Shown here: in pieces, positions 38,877 to 47,965 of the stretch | How the letters are laid out: each line of letters opens with the position of its first letter | Numbering within the stretch: position 1 is the first letter of the stretch | Assembly: GCA_035577965.1 (NCBI GenBank) | Contig: DATJYX010000081.1 | Span: 11,726 to 75,725, forward strand | Reading direction: 5' to 3' | Source of the DNA: Vicinamibacteria bacterium | GTDB taxonomy: Bacteria > Acidobacteriota > Vicinamibacteria > Fen-336 | DNA: 64,000 bases | Made by a program: the position numbers and the translations under genes | The notes under the pieces: model-generated | Database searches by the model: none | What the model was told of the DNA's origin: nothing | Seen by the model: only the letters and a program-made list of their open reading frames with translations

Positions 38877-39125
38877 TCAGACCGCCCGGCCGAGCCCTCC
38901 CGCGAGCTCGGCGGAGAGGATCTGGTGGCAGGCCGGGCAGACGATCACGTAGCCCCGTCGGGGCAGCATCGAGATGAAGTTCACCCGCGTGCGGACGAGG
39001 CGGAGGACCTGGACGGTGGAGATCGTGTCCTTGCAGTGAGGGCACTTGAGGGGGGACTCCAGGGCGTACTCCGCCTCGAAGGAGGGCGGGGCGGGCAAGG
39101 GCTCCGTGAGCTCGGGCAAGGGCAC
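38877..39125 (-). CDS. Small zinc-finger protein (CPHC...CPAC)
   Basis: 82-aa ORF with two CxxC pairs; GGAGG upstream. Confidence 0.7.
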   Translation of the reverse strand: MPLPELTEPLPAPPSFEAEYALESPLKCPHCKDTISTVQVLRLVRTRVNFISMLPRRGYVIVCPACHQILSAELAGGLGRAV

Positions 39126-39240
39126 CTCCGCGACCAGGCCGGGGGCGTCCGGCCGACGCAGGGTAGCTCACCCCTGGCGGGCGCGCCAGAGTCGAGGGAT
39201 CCCCGGGTCAAGGGAGCCGGGCCGCGCGCCGGGGCGCGCC

Positions 39241-39426
39241 TCAACAGCAGCGGTCCGGACGGCCCGAGTGGTAGCGGCGGCAGAGACCGTCCAGGTAGAA
39301 CTCCTCGCGGGTGAGGGGCTCTCCTCCTCCGCGCCGGGCGAGGTACGTCTCGTAGGCGGCGTCCCCGCTCCACTCGCGGACCCTCCACCAGAGGATGCGC
39401 AGGGCGGCCCGCAGGCGGGCCCTCAC
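39241..39426 (-). CDS. YbdD/YjiX-family small protein (CstA-associated)
   Basis: GD.AYE.YL...P.TREEFY...RCC terminus; GTGA overlap with the cstA stop. Confidence 0.8.
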   Translation of the reverse strand: MRARLRAALRILWWRVREWSGDAAYETYLARRGGGEPLTREEFYLDGLCRRYHSGRPDRCC

Positions 39427-41483
39427 GACGACGAGCCCTCCGCCCACCGCGTCCTCACGTACGGGCTCTCCGTCGACGCTGCCGCCCTCCGCCCGGCGAG
39501 TATGCCGTGCCACTCGGTGGCTGCCTCCGCGAGCAGGGCGAGGATCAGCAGGGCGAAGAAGGCGGTGACGGCGGCGTCCAGCCGGGCGTTGAAGACGACC
39601 CGCCGGGCCTCCGCCGCCTTCGCCTCCGGCATCTCCGGGATCTGCCGCTCCAGGGCCGAGGCCTGGGCCAGGAACCCGATGCGCGGGCTCTCGTGGAGCA
39701 CCTTCTGCCAGCTTCCGGCGAGCGTCACCGTGACGAGCCACGCCATCGGCAAGAGCGTCACCCACAGGTAGCGCCGCTTGCCCATCTTGATGAGGATGGT
39801 CGTCGCCACGACCAGCGCCACCGAGGCCAGGATCTGGTTGGCGATCCCGAAGAGGGGCCAGAGCGAGTTGATGCCGCCGAGGGGATCGAGGACGCCCTGG
39901 TAGAGGAAGTAGCCCCAGGCGCCCACGATGATGGCGCTCGTCACCAGGGTGCCCGCCCAGCCGGGGCGCGCGATCCCCGGGAGCGCCCGGCCCAGGAGCT
40001 CCTGCACCATGAAGCGGCCCACCCTCGTGCCGGCGTCGAGGACGGTGAGGATGAAGAGGGCCTCGAACATGATGGCGAAGTGGTACCAGATCCCGAGCAG
40101 GCTCTCGCCTCCGATCGTGCCGCTGAAGATGTGGGCCATCCCCACCGCGAGCGACGGCGCGCCGCCGGTGCGGTTCAGGAGGGTCTCCTCGCCGACCCGG
40201 CGCGCGAGCTCGTGCATCGCCCCCGCGTCGAGGGGGAAGCCCCAGGCCGAGATCGTCGCCGCCGCGCGCTCCGCCCCCGCGCCCACGATGCCGGCCGGGC
40301 TATTGATCGCGAAGTAGACCCCGGGCTCGAGGGCGCAGGCGGCCACCATCGCCATGACGCCGACGAAGGACTCCATGAGCATCGAGCCGTAGCCCACGAG
40401 CCGCGCGTCGCTCTCGCGCGTGAGCAGCTTGGGGGTCGTGCCCGAGGCGATGAGGGCGTGGAAGCCGGAGACCGCCCCGCAGGCGATGGTGATGAAGCAG
40501 AAGGGGAAGACCCCGCCCGCGAACACGGGGCCCGTCCCGTCGACGAAGCGGGTGAGGGCCGGCATCTGGATCGTCGGGCGGACGAGAACGATGCCCGCCG
40601 CGAGGGCGAGGACGACGCCGACCTTGATGAAGGCCGACAGGTAGTCGCGCGGCGCGAGGAGGAGCCACACCGGCAGCGCCGAGGCCGCGAAGCCATAAAC
40701 GATCACCGCCACCGCGAGGGCGGGCCCGGTGAGGGTGAAGACCCGGGCCCACTCGGGGGAATGCGCGACCCACTGGCCGGCGACCACGGCGAGGAGGATC
40801 AGGAGGAACCCGAGGGCCGAGGCTTCGATGACGCGCCCCGGGCGGAAGTAGCGCATGTAGAGGCCCATCACTATCGCGATCGGGACGGTCGCGGCCAGGG
40901 TGGAGGCGGCCCAGGGGGACTGCTTGAGCGCGTTGACGACCACGAGGGCCACCACCGCGAGCAGGATGACCATGATGGCGAGGACCGAGACCATGGCCAG
41001 GAGGCCGGCCCGGCGGCCCACCTCGTCGCGTGCCATCTGGCCCAGGGAGCGGCCGTCGCGGCGGAGCGAGAAGAAGAGGACCACGAAGTCCTGGACGCAG
41101 CCCCCCAGGACGGCGCCGGCCACGAGCCAGAGCGTCCCCGGCAGGTAGCCGAACTGCGCGGCGAGGGTCGGGCCGACGAGCGGACCGGGGCCGGCGATGG
41201 CGGCGAAGTGGTGGCCGAGCACCACCCACCGGTTCGTGGGCACGAAGTCGCGGCCGTCGTCGAGCCGCTCCGCCGGTGTCGCCCGCGTCGGGTCGAGCGA
41301 GAGGACGCGGGCCGCGAGGAAGGCCGAGTAGAACCGGTAGGCGACAAGGTAGGTGCAGCCGGCGCCGACCACGAAGAAGATCCCGTTCACGGGCTCGCCG
41401 CGGCGGAGCGCGATCGCGCCCAGGGCGCCCGCCCCGAGGCACGCCACGGCGAGCCAGGCGAGCGACGACACGAGCCTTCGCAT
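39423..41483 (-). CDS. cstA: Carbon starvation protein A (CstA/BtsT) peptide/pyruvate transporter
   Basis: GHHFAAIAGPGPLVGP, LPVWLLLAPRDYLS, FITIACGAVSGFH, LWPLFGIANQ; TATACT -10 at 41520-41515. Confidence 0.95.
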   Translation of the reverse strand: MRRLVSSLAWLAVACLGAGALGAIALRRGEPVNGIFFVVGAGCTYLVAYRFYSAFLAARVLSLDPTRATPAERLDDGRDFVPTNRWVVLGHHFAAIAGPGPLVGPTLAAQFGYLPGTLWLVAGAVLGGCVQDFVVLFFSLRRDGRSLGQMARDEVGRRAGLLAMVSVLAIMVILLAVVALVVVNALKQSPWAASTLAATVPIAIVMGLYMRYFRPGRVIEASALGFLLILLAVVAGQWVAHSPEWARVFTLTGPALAVAVIVYGFAASALPVWLLLAPRDYLSAFIKVGVVLALAAGIVLVRPTIQMPALTRFVDGTGPVFAGGVFPFCFITIACGAVSGFHALIASGTTPKLLTRESDARLVGYGSMLMESFVGVMAMVAACALEPGVYFAINSPAGIVGAGAERAAATISAWGFPLDAGAMHELARRVGEETLLNRTGGAPSLAVGMAHIFSGTIGGESLLGIWYHFAIMFEALFILTVLDAGTRVGRFMVQELLGRALPGIARPGWAGTLVTSAIIVGAWGYFLYQGVLDPLGGINSLWPLFGIANQILASVALVVATTILIKMGKRRYLWVTLLPMAWLVTVTLAGSWQKVLHESPRIGFLAQASALERQIPEMPEAKAAEARRVVFNARLDAAVTAFFALLILALLAEAATEWHGILAGRRAAASTESPYVRTRWAEGSSS

Positions 41484-41628
41484 CGGGCCGCTGATCCTCC
41501 CAGGAAAGTGCGTGAGTATAGCGTGGAGGAGCAGAGGCGGGCCGGGGACGACGAGGGGACGAAGGACGCGATCGGGGCGCCCTGTCCCGAGGCCCCCGAG
41601 ACGCCCGGGGGCCTCGGGATGGCGGGGC

Positions 41629-42597
41629 TCAGCGATTGTCGACCACGATCTTGGTGGCCAGCACGTATCCTTCCGGCTTGCTCCAGCCGCCGACCGCGGC
41701 CACGTCGCCGGCCACGATGGCGTAGGGGTCGAGGGCGCTGCCGTCGGACCACTTGAAGACGGTCGATCCGTTGGTCTCGACGTCGCGCCCGGCGACCGTC
41801 AGCCTGAGGTCGCACGAGCGGTGGACGCCCGCCTCGTCGAGGGCCGCGACGCCTCCGCCAGCGCCGAGCGAGGCCACGCTCTGCACCACACCCTTGAAGG
41901 AGACCCACGTGCCGCCGCTGCCGCCCGGGCCGGTGGTGAGGGCGGCGATCTCCTCCGCCACGACGACACCGTCCCCGCGCAGGGTGCCCCAGACCTTGAC
42001 CTTCTCGCCGACCTGGAGGTCGGAGAGCTGGATGCGCCGGTCGCCGCGCCACACCTTCTGGACCTGGCTCGCGTCCACCGGCCTCCCGGCCACGACGAGC
42101 TGCGTGCCCGCCATCTGATCGAGCGTGCCCGAGAAGAACGTGTCGGCCGTGGGGGCGCAGGTCGGCGGAGTCGTGAGCTGGGCGGCGCCACCGGAGATCC
42201 GGACCTCGACCGAGGTGACCTGCCGGTCGACGAGCCCGGTCACCTGGACCTGCGCGCTCACGCCCGGCCCCTCGACGCGCAAGCCGACGCTGCCCGCGGG
42301 GACGCCGGACAACGTGAAGCGGCCGTCCTCGTCGACCGCTGCCGCGAGCGAGGTGCCGGCGATGCTCACGCTCCAGCCGGTGTCGCCGGCGAGGGCGTGC
42401 ACGGGAGCGCCGACCGAGGTGCCGGTGCCGGCGAGGCCGGTCCCGAGGATCGTGCCCTGGAGGACGGCCGCGCCACTCGTGGCCGCGGGGGCGGCCCGGT
42501 CCGGGCCGGTGGCGGCCGAGGATCCGCCGCAGCCGGCCGCGCAGAGAGCGGCGGCGAGCCCGGCCAGGGACGAACGGAGCGACAGACGACGATGCAT
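41629..42597 (-). CDS. DUF5666-domain lipoprotein
   Basis: Lipobox AAGC; carboxypeptidase-regulatory-like Ig segment (DEDGRFTLSGVPAG); two OB-like repeats (LSDLQVGEKVKVWG...VVAEEI; IVAGDVAAVGG...VLATKI). Confidence 0.75.
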   Translation of the reverse strand: MHRRLSLRSSLAGLAAALCAAGCGGSSAATGPDRAAPAATSGAAVLQGTILGTGLAGTGTSVGAPVHALAGDTGWSVSIAGTSLAAAVDEDGRFTLSGVPAGSVGLRVEGPGVSAQVQVTGLVDRQVTSVEVRISGGAAQLTTPPTCAPTADTFFSGTLDQMAGTQLVVAGRPVDASQVQKVWRGDRRIQLSDLQVGEKVKVWGTLRGDGVVVAEEIAALTTGPGGSGGTWVSFKGVVQSVASLGAGGGVAALDEAGVHRSCDLRLTVAGRDVETNGSTVFKWSDGSALDPYAIVAGDVAAVGGWSKPEGYVLATKIVVDNR

Positions 42598-42612
42598 GAC
42601 ATGGCCTCCTTT

Positions 42613-42701
42613 CTCCTGGCGGCTCGGCTGACCCCGGAGGGAGGGTGGGGGTCCCGTTGCTCTGCGTCCCCGGGTTGCCCCGGGTTTGCTCTGAGCAGGA
42701 G
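42613..42701 (-). ncRNA. Cyclic dinucleotide riboswitch, GEMM-I class (A at Vc2 position 20, C at position 92)
   Basis: Reverse strand: CUCCUG-CUCAG-A-GC-AAA-CC-CGGG-GCAA-CCCG-GG-GAC-GC-AGAGC-AACGG-GACCCC-loop-GGGGUC-AG-CCG-AGCCG-C-CAGGAG, then SD AAAGGAGG. P1, P2 (GNRA loop) and P3 all pair. Confidence 0.88.
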
Positions 42702-43030
42702 GTCTCTCGTCCCCTCCGGCGTGGGGACCGGCGGGGATCCCGGGCCCTTGCCCGGGCGCCTGCACGCTATCCGCGCTCCCGGCGGTTCGGCGGTGAGGGA
42801 GGTCACCGATCCCGCCGCATGTGCGCGCACGCACGCTCCGCCGCCACGCAAGACGGATATCGCGGCGGGGCGAGGGTCGGCGGAGGGCGCCGCGGGAGCG
42901 TCGAGCCCGCCAGAGTGCTCCAGAGCACCACCCCGACCAGGGAGAACGGGACGGCGAAGGTCGTGACATCCCTGCCGTCGGAGGCCGGCCCCGATGCAGC
43001 GGGTCGCGAATCCGGCTAGACTCCGCCTCG

Positions 43031-45889
43031 GTGCTCAGAGTCCTCGTCGCCGGCCCGGAATCCCTGTCCGGGGTGCTCGGCCCCACCATCCTCGGACGTC
43101 CGGACATCGATCGGTTCCACGCGCCCACGTCCGAGGAAGCGCTCGCCGCGGCCGGGCGGGTCCTCCCGAACATGGTCGTGATCGACCTGCCGCGCGCGGA
43201 GGCGGTCGTGCTCGCCGAGCGGCTGCGCCGGAACCCGGCGACCCGGCCCACCGCCATCGTCTGGCTCGACCGCGAGGGGGTGCCCGACGCCGGCGCCGAG
43301 CTCACCGACGCCGGGGTGAACGCCGTCATCCCGCTGCCGGTGGATCCCTTCCTGTGGGACCGTCGGCTCGAAGAGCTCCTGAGCGTCCCCGCCCGCCGCA
43401 ACCGTCGCTTCCCGGCGAAGCTGCGCGACTGGTCGCGCTTCGTGAGCGGGGCCGACGAGGAGGAGGGCTCGGTCGTCAACATCGGGGCCCGGGGCGTGCT
43501 CCTCGAGAGCCCGCGCGAGCTCGCGCTCGGCACCAAGGTGGGGCTCACCCTCGAGCTGCCGGGCCAGTCCACGCCGGCCGCCGTGGTGGGCCAGGTGGTG
43601 CGGCTGGCCGGGGAGGAGAAGGGTCTCTTCCGCGTGGGGATCGAGTTCCTCGTCTACCGCGGCGACGCCCGCGAGCGCATCACCGCCTTCGTCGAGTCGG
43701 AGCCCCAGCCCGCCGACCGCCCGGGCGCGCCCGCCGTGCCGCTCCCCCTCACCGTCCGCCCCTTCCAGGAGGCGCGGGAGTGGGAGGAGGAGCTGCGGGC
43801 GAGCGAGATCAGGAAGGCGCTCATCCTGGACTCCGCCCTCGACTGCATCCTCACCGCCGACCACGAGGGCCGGGTCATCGAGTTCAACGCCTCGGCCCGA
43901 AGGCTCTTCGGCTACACGCGCTCCGAGATCCTGGGCCGCGACGTGGCCGACACCATCGTCCCCCCCGCGCTGCGGGACGAGCTGCGGCGCCAGCTGCGCG
44001 ACTTCGTGCGGACGGGCGACAGCCCCGACCTCGGCCGCCAGCGCGAGACGGCCCTCATGCGCGCCGACGGCTCGCTCGTGCCGGTGGAGGTCGTCGTCGT
44101 GCCGGCATACGTGAAGGGGCGGGTCATCCTGACCGCGTACATCCGTGACCTCACCGAGGCGCGGCGCCGCGAGCGCCTGACCGCCGCCCGCCAGCGCGCC
44201 ACCCATGCCCTCACCGCCTCGCTGTCGCTCGCCGAGGCCGTCCCGGCGGTTCTCGACACCCTCGTCCAGGGCCTCGGCGGCACGGAGGCGCGGCTGTGGG
44301 TGGCGGACGGCGACCCGCCGGCGCCGACGCTCGCCGGAACGACCGGCGAGCCGGAGGCAGCCCTGCCCCCGCCGCCCGACGACTCTCTCGCCCGCCGGAC
44401 CCTCGAGGAGGGCGCCGCGGTGTGGTCGGGCCCGGGCAAGGGCGGAGTGTCGGTCGCCGTGCCGGTGCGCGCCGGGGGCCAGGTCATGGGCGTCCTCGAG
44501 ATGCACAGCGACGTCGCGCGCTCGCGCGAAGCCGACTGGCTGCCCGCCCTCGCCGACACGGGGAGCCTCCTCGCCCTCTTCCTCAAGCGGCAGCGGGCGG
44601 AGGCGGACCTGCAGCGGTTCGCCCGCTACGACAGCCTCACCGGCCTCCCCAACCGCTCGTTCTTCCTCGACACCCTCGAGCGAACGCTGTCCCGGGCCAG
44701 CCGGCAGCGCACGCGCAGCGCCCTGGTGTTCGTCGACCTCGACGGCTTCAAGGCCGTGAACGACGGCCTCGGCCACGCAGCCGGGGACACGGTGCTGCAG
44801 ACGATGGCGGAGAGGCTGCGGTCGGGGACGCGCAGCTCCGACCTCGTGGCCCGCATCGGCGGCGACGAGTTCACCGTCCTCGTGCAGAACCTCGCCCGGC
44901 CCGACGACGCCGCCCTCGTGGCCAGAGGGCTCCTCGACCGCGTCGCCCGCCCGTGCCGGGCCGACGAGCACGAGCTGACCCTCAGCGCGAGCGCGGGCAT
45001 CAGCGTCTACCCCGACGACGGGACCGACGCCGCCACGCTCCTCCGCAACGCCGACCTCGCGATGTACCGGGCGAAGCAGGAGGGCAAGAACACCTACCGC
45101 TTCTTCACCGCCGAGATGAGCGAGCGCGCCCTCGAGCGGATGCTGCTCCTCGACAGCCTCCGGGTGGCCCTCGAGCGCGACCAGTTCGACATCGTCTACC
45201 TGCCCGTCGTCCACAAGGAACGCCCGCCCTCGCTCGAGGCCCTCCTCCGCTGGCGCCACCCCAAGCTGGGGCTGGTCTCCCCGCCCACCTTCATCGCCCA
45301 CGCCGAGGAGAGCGGGCTCATCCTGCCCATCGGGGCCGGGGTCCTGCGGGGGGCGACCCGCTTCGCGGCCGCCCTCGAGCGGAAGGACGTGCGGGTCGTC
45401 GTCAACCTCTCGGCGCGGCAGTTCCTCCAGCCAAACCTCGTCGAGGTCGTCCGCGACGCTCTGGCCGAGAGCGGACTCGATCCGTCGCGCCTGGAGCTCG
45501 ACCTCACCGAGCCCACCGTGATGACCGAGGGCGAGGAGACGACGGAGCAGCTCCGGCAGCTGCGGGAGCTCGGGGTGCAGCTCGCCCTCGACGATTTCGG
45601 CACCGGGTACTTTTCGATCGGCCGGATCCGGGACATGGGCTTCCGCCGCCTCAAGATCGACCGCTCGCTCGTGTCGGGGCTGCCCGACGACGCGCAGCGG
45701 GCCGCCCACGTCGTGGCCATCCTCGGCCTCGGCCGCAGCCTCGGCCTCGACGTGGTGGCGGAGGGCGTCGAGACGGAGGGCCAGCGCGCCTTCCTCGAGG
45801 CGAACGGCTGCACCGGCCTCCAGGGCTACCTGCTCAGCCCGCCCCTCGCGGCGGCGGACGTCCCGGCCTTCCTGGCCAGGATGCGCTGA
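43031..45889 (+). CDS. Diguanylate cyclase/phosphodiesterase: degenerate REC-PilZ-PAS-GAF-GGDEF-EAL
   Basis: PilZ RRNRR and NIGARG; PAS DCILTAD..G.VIEFN.SA; DLDGFKAVND.LGH.AGD; RSSD I-site; GGDEF; EAL, DDFGTG, AEGVE, QGY. Confidence 0.92.
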   Translation: MLRVLVAGPESLSGVLGPTILGRPDIDRFHAPTSEEALAAAGRVLPNMVVIDLPRAEAVVLAERLRRNPATRPTAIVWLDREGVPDAGAELTDAGVNAVIPLPVDPFLWDRRLEELLSVPARRNRRFPAKLRDWSRFVSGADEEEGSVVNIGARGVLLESPRELALGTKVGLTLELPGQSTPAAVVGQVVRLAGEEKGLFRVGIEFLVYRGDARERITAFVESEPQPADRPGAPAVPLPLTVRPFQEAREWEEELRASEIRKALILDSALDCILTADHEGRVIEFNASARRLFGYTRSEILGRDVADTIVPPALRDELRRQLRDFVRTGDSPDLGRQRETALMRADGSLVPVEVVVVPAYVKGRVILTAYIRDLTEARRRERLTAARQRATHALTASLSLAEAVPAVLDTLVQGLGGTEARLWVADGDPPAPTLAGTTGEPEAALPPPPDDSLARRTLEEGAAVWSGPGKGGVSVAVPVRAGGQVMGVLEMHSDVARSREADWLPALADTGSLLALFLKRQRAEADLQRFARYDSLTGLPNRSFFLDTLERTLSRASRQRTRSALVFVDLDGFKAVNDGLGHAAGDTVLQTMAERLRSGTRSSDLVARIGGDEFTVLVQNLARPDDAALVARGLLDRVARPCRADEHELTLSASAGISVYPDDGTDAATLLRNADLAMYRAKQEGKNTYRFFTAEMSERALERMLLLDSLRVALERDQFDIVYLPVVHKERPPSLEALLRWRHPKLGLVSPPTFIAHAEESGLILPIGAGVLRGATRFAAALERKDVRVVVNLSARQFLQPNLVEVVRDALAESGLDPSRLELDLTEPTVMTEGEETTEQLRQLRELGVQLALDDFGTGYFSIGRIRDMGFRRLKIDRSLVSGLPDDAQRAAHVVAILGLGRSLGLDVVAEGVETEGQRAFLEANGCTGLQGYLLSPPLAAADVPAFLARMR

Positions 45890-45918
45890 AGGTCCTGGGG
45901 CCGCACGCTCCGGCGCGA

Positions 45919-47052
45919 TCACTCTCCGGGCTCGGGCACGGCGCGCCGGAGCCCGGGGCCCGCGGCCTCCAGCCCCTCGAGGAGGCGGATCTGCGTCCGG
46001 GTCCGGTCGAGGTTGTGGCCGGGGCGGGTCGTCCGGTAGTAGCGGTCGCCGTCGAGGTGGTCGGCCAGGAAGCGCAGGGCCTGCTCGTAGACGATGACCT
46101 CGGCGCCGGTCACGAGGAGCGCCCGCTCGGCGGGGGAGAGCGCGTCCCCGGCCCCGTCGACGAAGCCCCGGGCGAGGGCGGCGAAGACCGGGACGCGGAC
46201 CACGACCCGCGAGAGGTCGCGCTCGTCCTCCGCGGAGTCGCTCACCGTCGAGCGGGCGAGGTCGCCGAAGTCGTGGAGGGACAGGCCGGGCATGACGGTG
46301 TCCAGGTCCACGACGCACACGGCCTCGCCGGTCGCTCCGTCGAAGAGGACGTTCGCGATCTTCGCGTCGTTGTGGGTGGGGCGCACCGGGATCTCGCCGC
46401 GGGCGGCGGCTCCGGCGAGCGCCGAGGCCAGAGGCTGGCGGTCGAGGAGGGCGTCGATCTCGGCCCGGCAGGAGGCGGCGCGCGAGGCGCGGTCTTCGGC
46501 CAGCGTGCGCTCGAAGGTGGCGAGCCTCGCGGGGGTGTCGTGGAAGGCCAGGATCGTCTCGTGGAGCGGCGGTCCCGGCAGATCCTGGAGCTGAGCGAGG
46601 AACCTCCCGAAGGCCCGGGCCGTCTCCCGGGCCTCCGCCTCCGTCGCCGCCCGCTCCCTGGCCTGGGTCCCCTCGACCCACGGCACGAGCCTCCAGGTCT
46701 CGCCCGCCGCGTCCACGTGGTGGGAGGCGCCCTCGCTAGTCGGGACCAGGGAGAGCACGCGCCGCGCCGCGTCACGCGCGCCATCGCGCGCGAGACGGAG
46801 GCCGATGTGGCGGGTGACCCGCTCCATGTTCGCCATCACCTCGCCCGGACGGTGGAAGACGTGGCGGTTGATCTGCTGGAGGAAGCAGCGGCGGCGGCCG
46901 TCGGGGGCGTCGAACGTCGCCAGCCAGGAGTGGTTGATGAGGCCGCTCGTGTGGGGATCGAGGGACACGAGCCGGCCGGGGGCCGCGAAGCACGCGACGG
47001 CGGCCCTCGCGTCCTCCCCGCTCGGGATGCGGAGGGCCGGGCGGTCGGTCAC
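45919..47052 (-). CDS. APH-family sugar kinase (N-acetylhexosamine 1-kinase/AmgK-like)
   Basis: GLINHSW, LQQINRHVF, FHDTP, HNDAKIANVLF, DLDTVMPG...DFGD; GTGA coupling. Confidence 0.82.
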   Translation of the reverse strand: MTDRPALRIPSGEDARAAVACFAAPGRLVSLDPHTSGLINHSWLATFDAPDGRRRCFLQQINRHVFHRPGEVMANMERVTRHIGLRLARDGARDAARRVLSLVPTSEGASHHVDAAGETWRLVPWVEGTQARERAATEAEARETARAFGRFLAQLQDLPGPPLHETILAFHDTPARLATFERTLAEDRASRAASCRAEIDALLDRQPLASALAGAAARGEIPVRPTHNDAKIANVLFDGATGEAVCVVDLDTVMPGLSLHDFGDLARSTVSDSAEDERDLSRVVVRVPVFAALARGFVDGAGDALSPAERALLVTGAEVIVYEQALRFLADHLDGDRYYRTTRPGHNLDRTRTQIRLLEGLEAAGPGLRRAVPEPGE

Positions 47053-47954
47053 GGCCACAGGCTCGCCGGGTACTCGCCCCGCGCGGTGAGCGACTCGAGG
47101 AGGGCCACGAGACGCGGCCGGTCGCCGGGGTAGGTGAGGCCGCCCCAGGGCCCGCCGCCGCCGAGGACGCGCACCCGCGCCTCGCCCGCGTCGACGAGCG
47201 CCTGGACGGCGGAGTTCAGGAAGAACTCGGCGTTCGTGCTGCCGGCGTGGCGGTCGAGGAAGCGATCGAAGGCCTCCGCGAGGCCGGCCAGGAGGGCCGG
47301 GGTGAAGCCCCAGAAGTTGAGGGAGACCGGGGTGGTCCCGGGGATCGGCCGCCACACGCCCGCCTCGTCGAGGCCGCGGGCGTCCTCTCCGTCCCGCTCG
47401 ACCTTCAGCACCTCGCGGATGGACACGAGGAAGCCCGTCCCGTCGACCGCGCACACGCCCCGGCTGACCGGGCCGTCCGGGCTCAGGGTCGTCGCGAGCG
47501 GAAAGCCGACGATCGCGAACTCGGGTCGAGGGCCGTCCTGCGGCCGCCGGAGGTACCCGGCGAGGACGCGGTAGCTGCCCGCCCCGTAGAAGTCGTCGGC
47601 GTTGATGACTGCGAAGGGGCCGTCCAGGAGCGGGGCTGCGGCGAGGGCCGCATGGCCGGTGCCCCACGGCTTGGCGCGGCCCGGCGGCGGGACGAGCCCC
47701 CGCGGGAGGGCGCTGCCCTGGACCGCGTAGTCGAGCCGGACGTGCCGTCCGATGCGCGCGCCCGCCTCCGCGCGGACCTCGGCCTCCATGCCTTCCCGCA
47801 CGACGAGGACCACCCGCTCGAAGCCGGCCCGGCGGGCGTCGAACGCCGCGTAGTCCAGCAGCGTCGCGCCCCCGGGGCCGACGCGGTCGAGCTGCTTGGG
47901 GCCGCCGTAGCGGCTGCCCACGCCGGCGGCGAGGACGACGAGGGTCAGGCCCAT
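47049..47954 (-). CDS. Sugar-phosphate nucleotidyltransferase
   Basis: LAAGVGSRYGG.KQLD, KPWGTGHA, INADDFYG, SLNFWGF, W.G.TY..D. Confidence 0.87.
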   Translation of the reverse strand: MGLTLVVLAAGVGSRYGGPKQLDRVGPGGATLLDYAAFDARRAGFERVVLVVREGMEAEVRAEAGARIGRHVRLDYAVQGSALPRGLVPPPGRAKPWGTGHAALAAAPLLDGPFAVINADDFYGAGSYRVLAGYLRRPQDGPRPEFAIVGFPLATTLSPDGPVSRGVCAVDGTGFLVSIREVLKVERDGEDARGLDEAGVWRPIPGTTPVSLNFWGFTPALLAGLAEAFDRFLDRHAGSTNAEFFLNSAVQALVDAGEARVRVLGGGGPWGGLTYPGDRPRLVALLESLTARGEYPASLWP

Positions 47955-47965
47955 CCCCGGCGTTC

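Noticed and set aside
39241-39252. Selenocysteine readthrough at RCC-TGA of the YbdD-like gene
   Set aside because: Both Cys are already encoded by TGC/TGT and I see no SECIS-like hairpin positioned after the TGA.
42645-42661. sigma54-like TGG-N8-TTGCT on the plus strand
   Set aside because: It lacks CAC, lies about 370 nt from the next plus-strand gene, and is explained as the reverse complement of the riboswitch P3.
44730-44875. Adjacent GGDEF as a Hypr (cGAMP-synthesising) enzyme feeding the A20 riboswitch
   Set aside because: The specificity residue is Asp (GHAAGD), not Ser, so it is predicted to be a canonical diguanylate cyclase.
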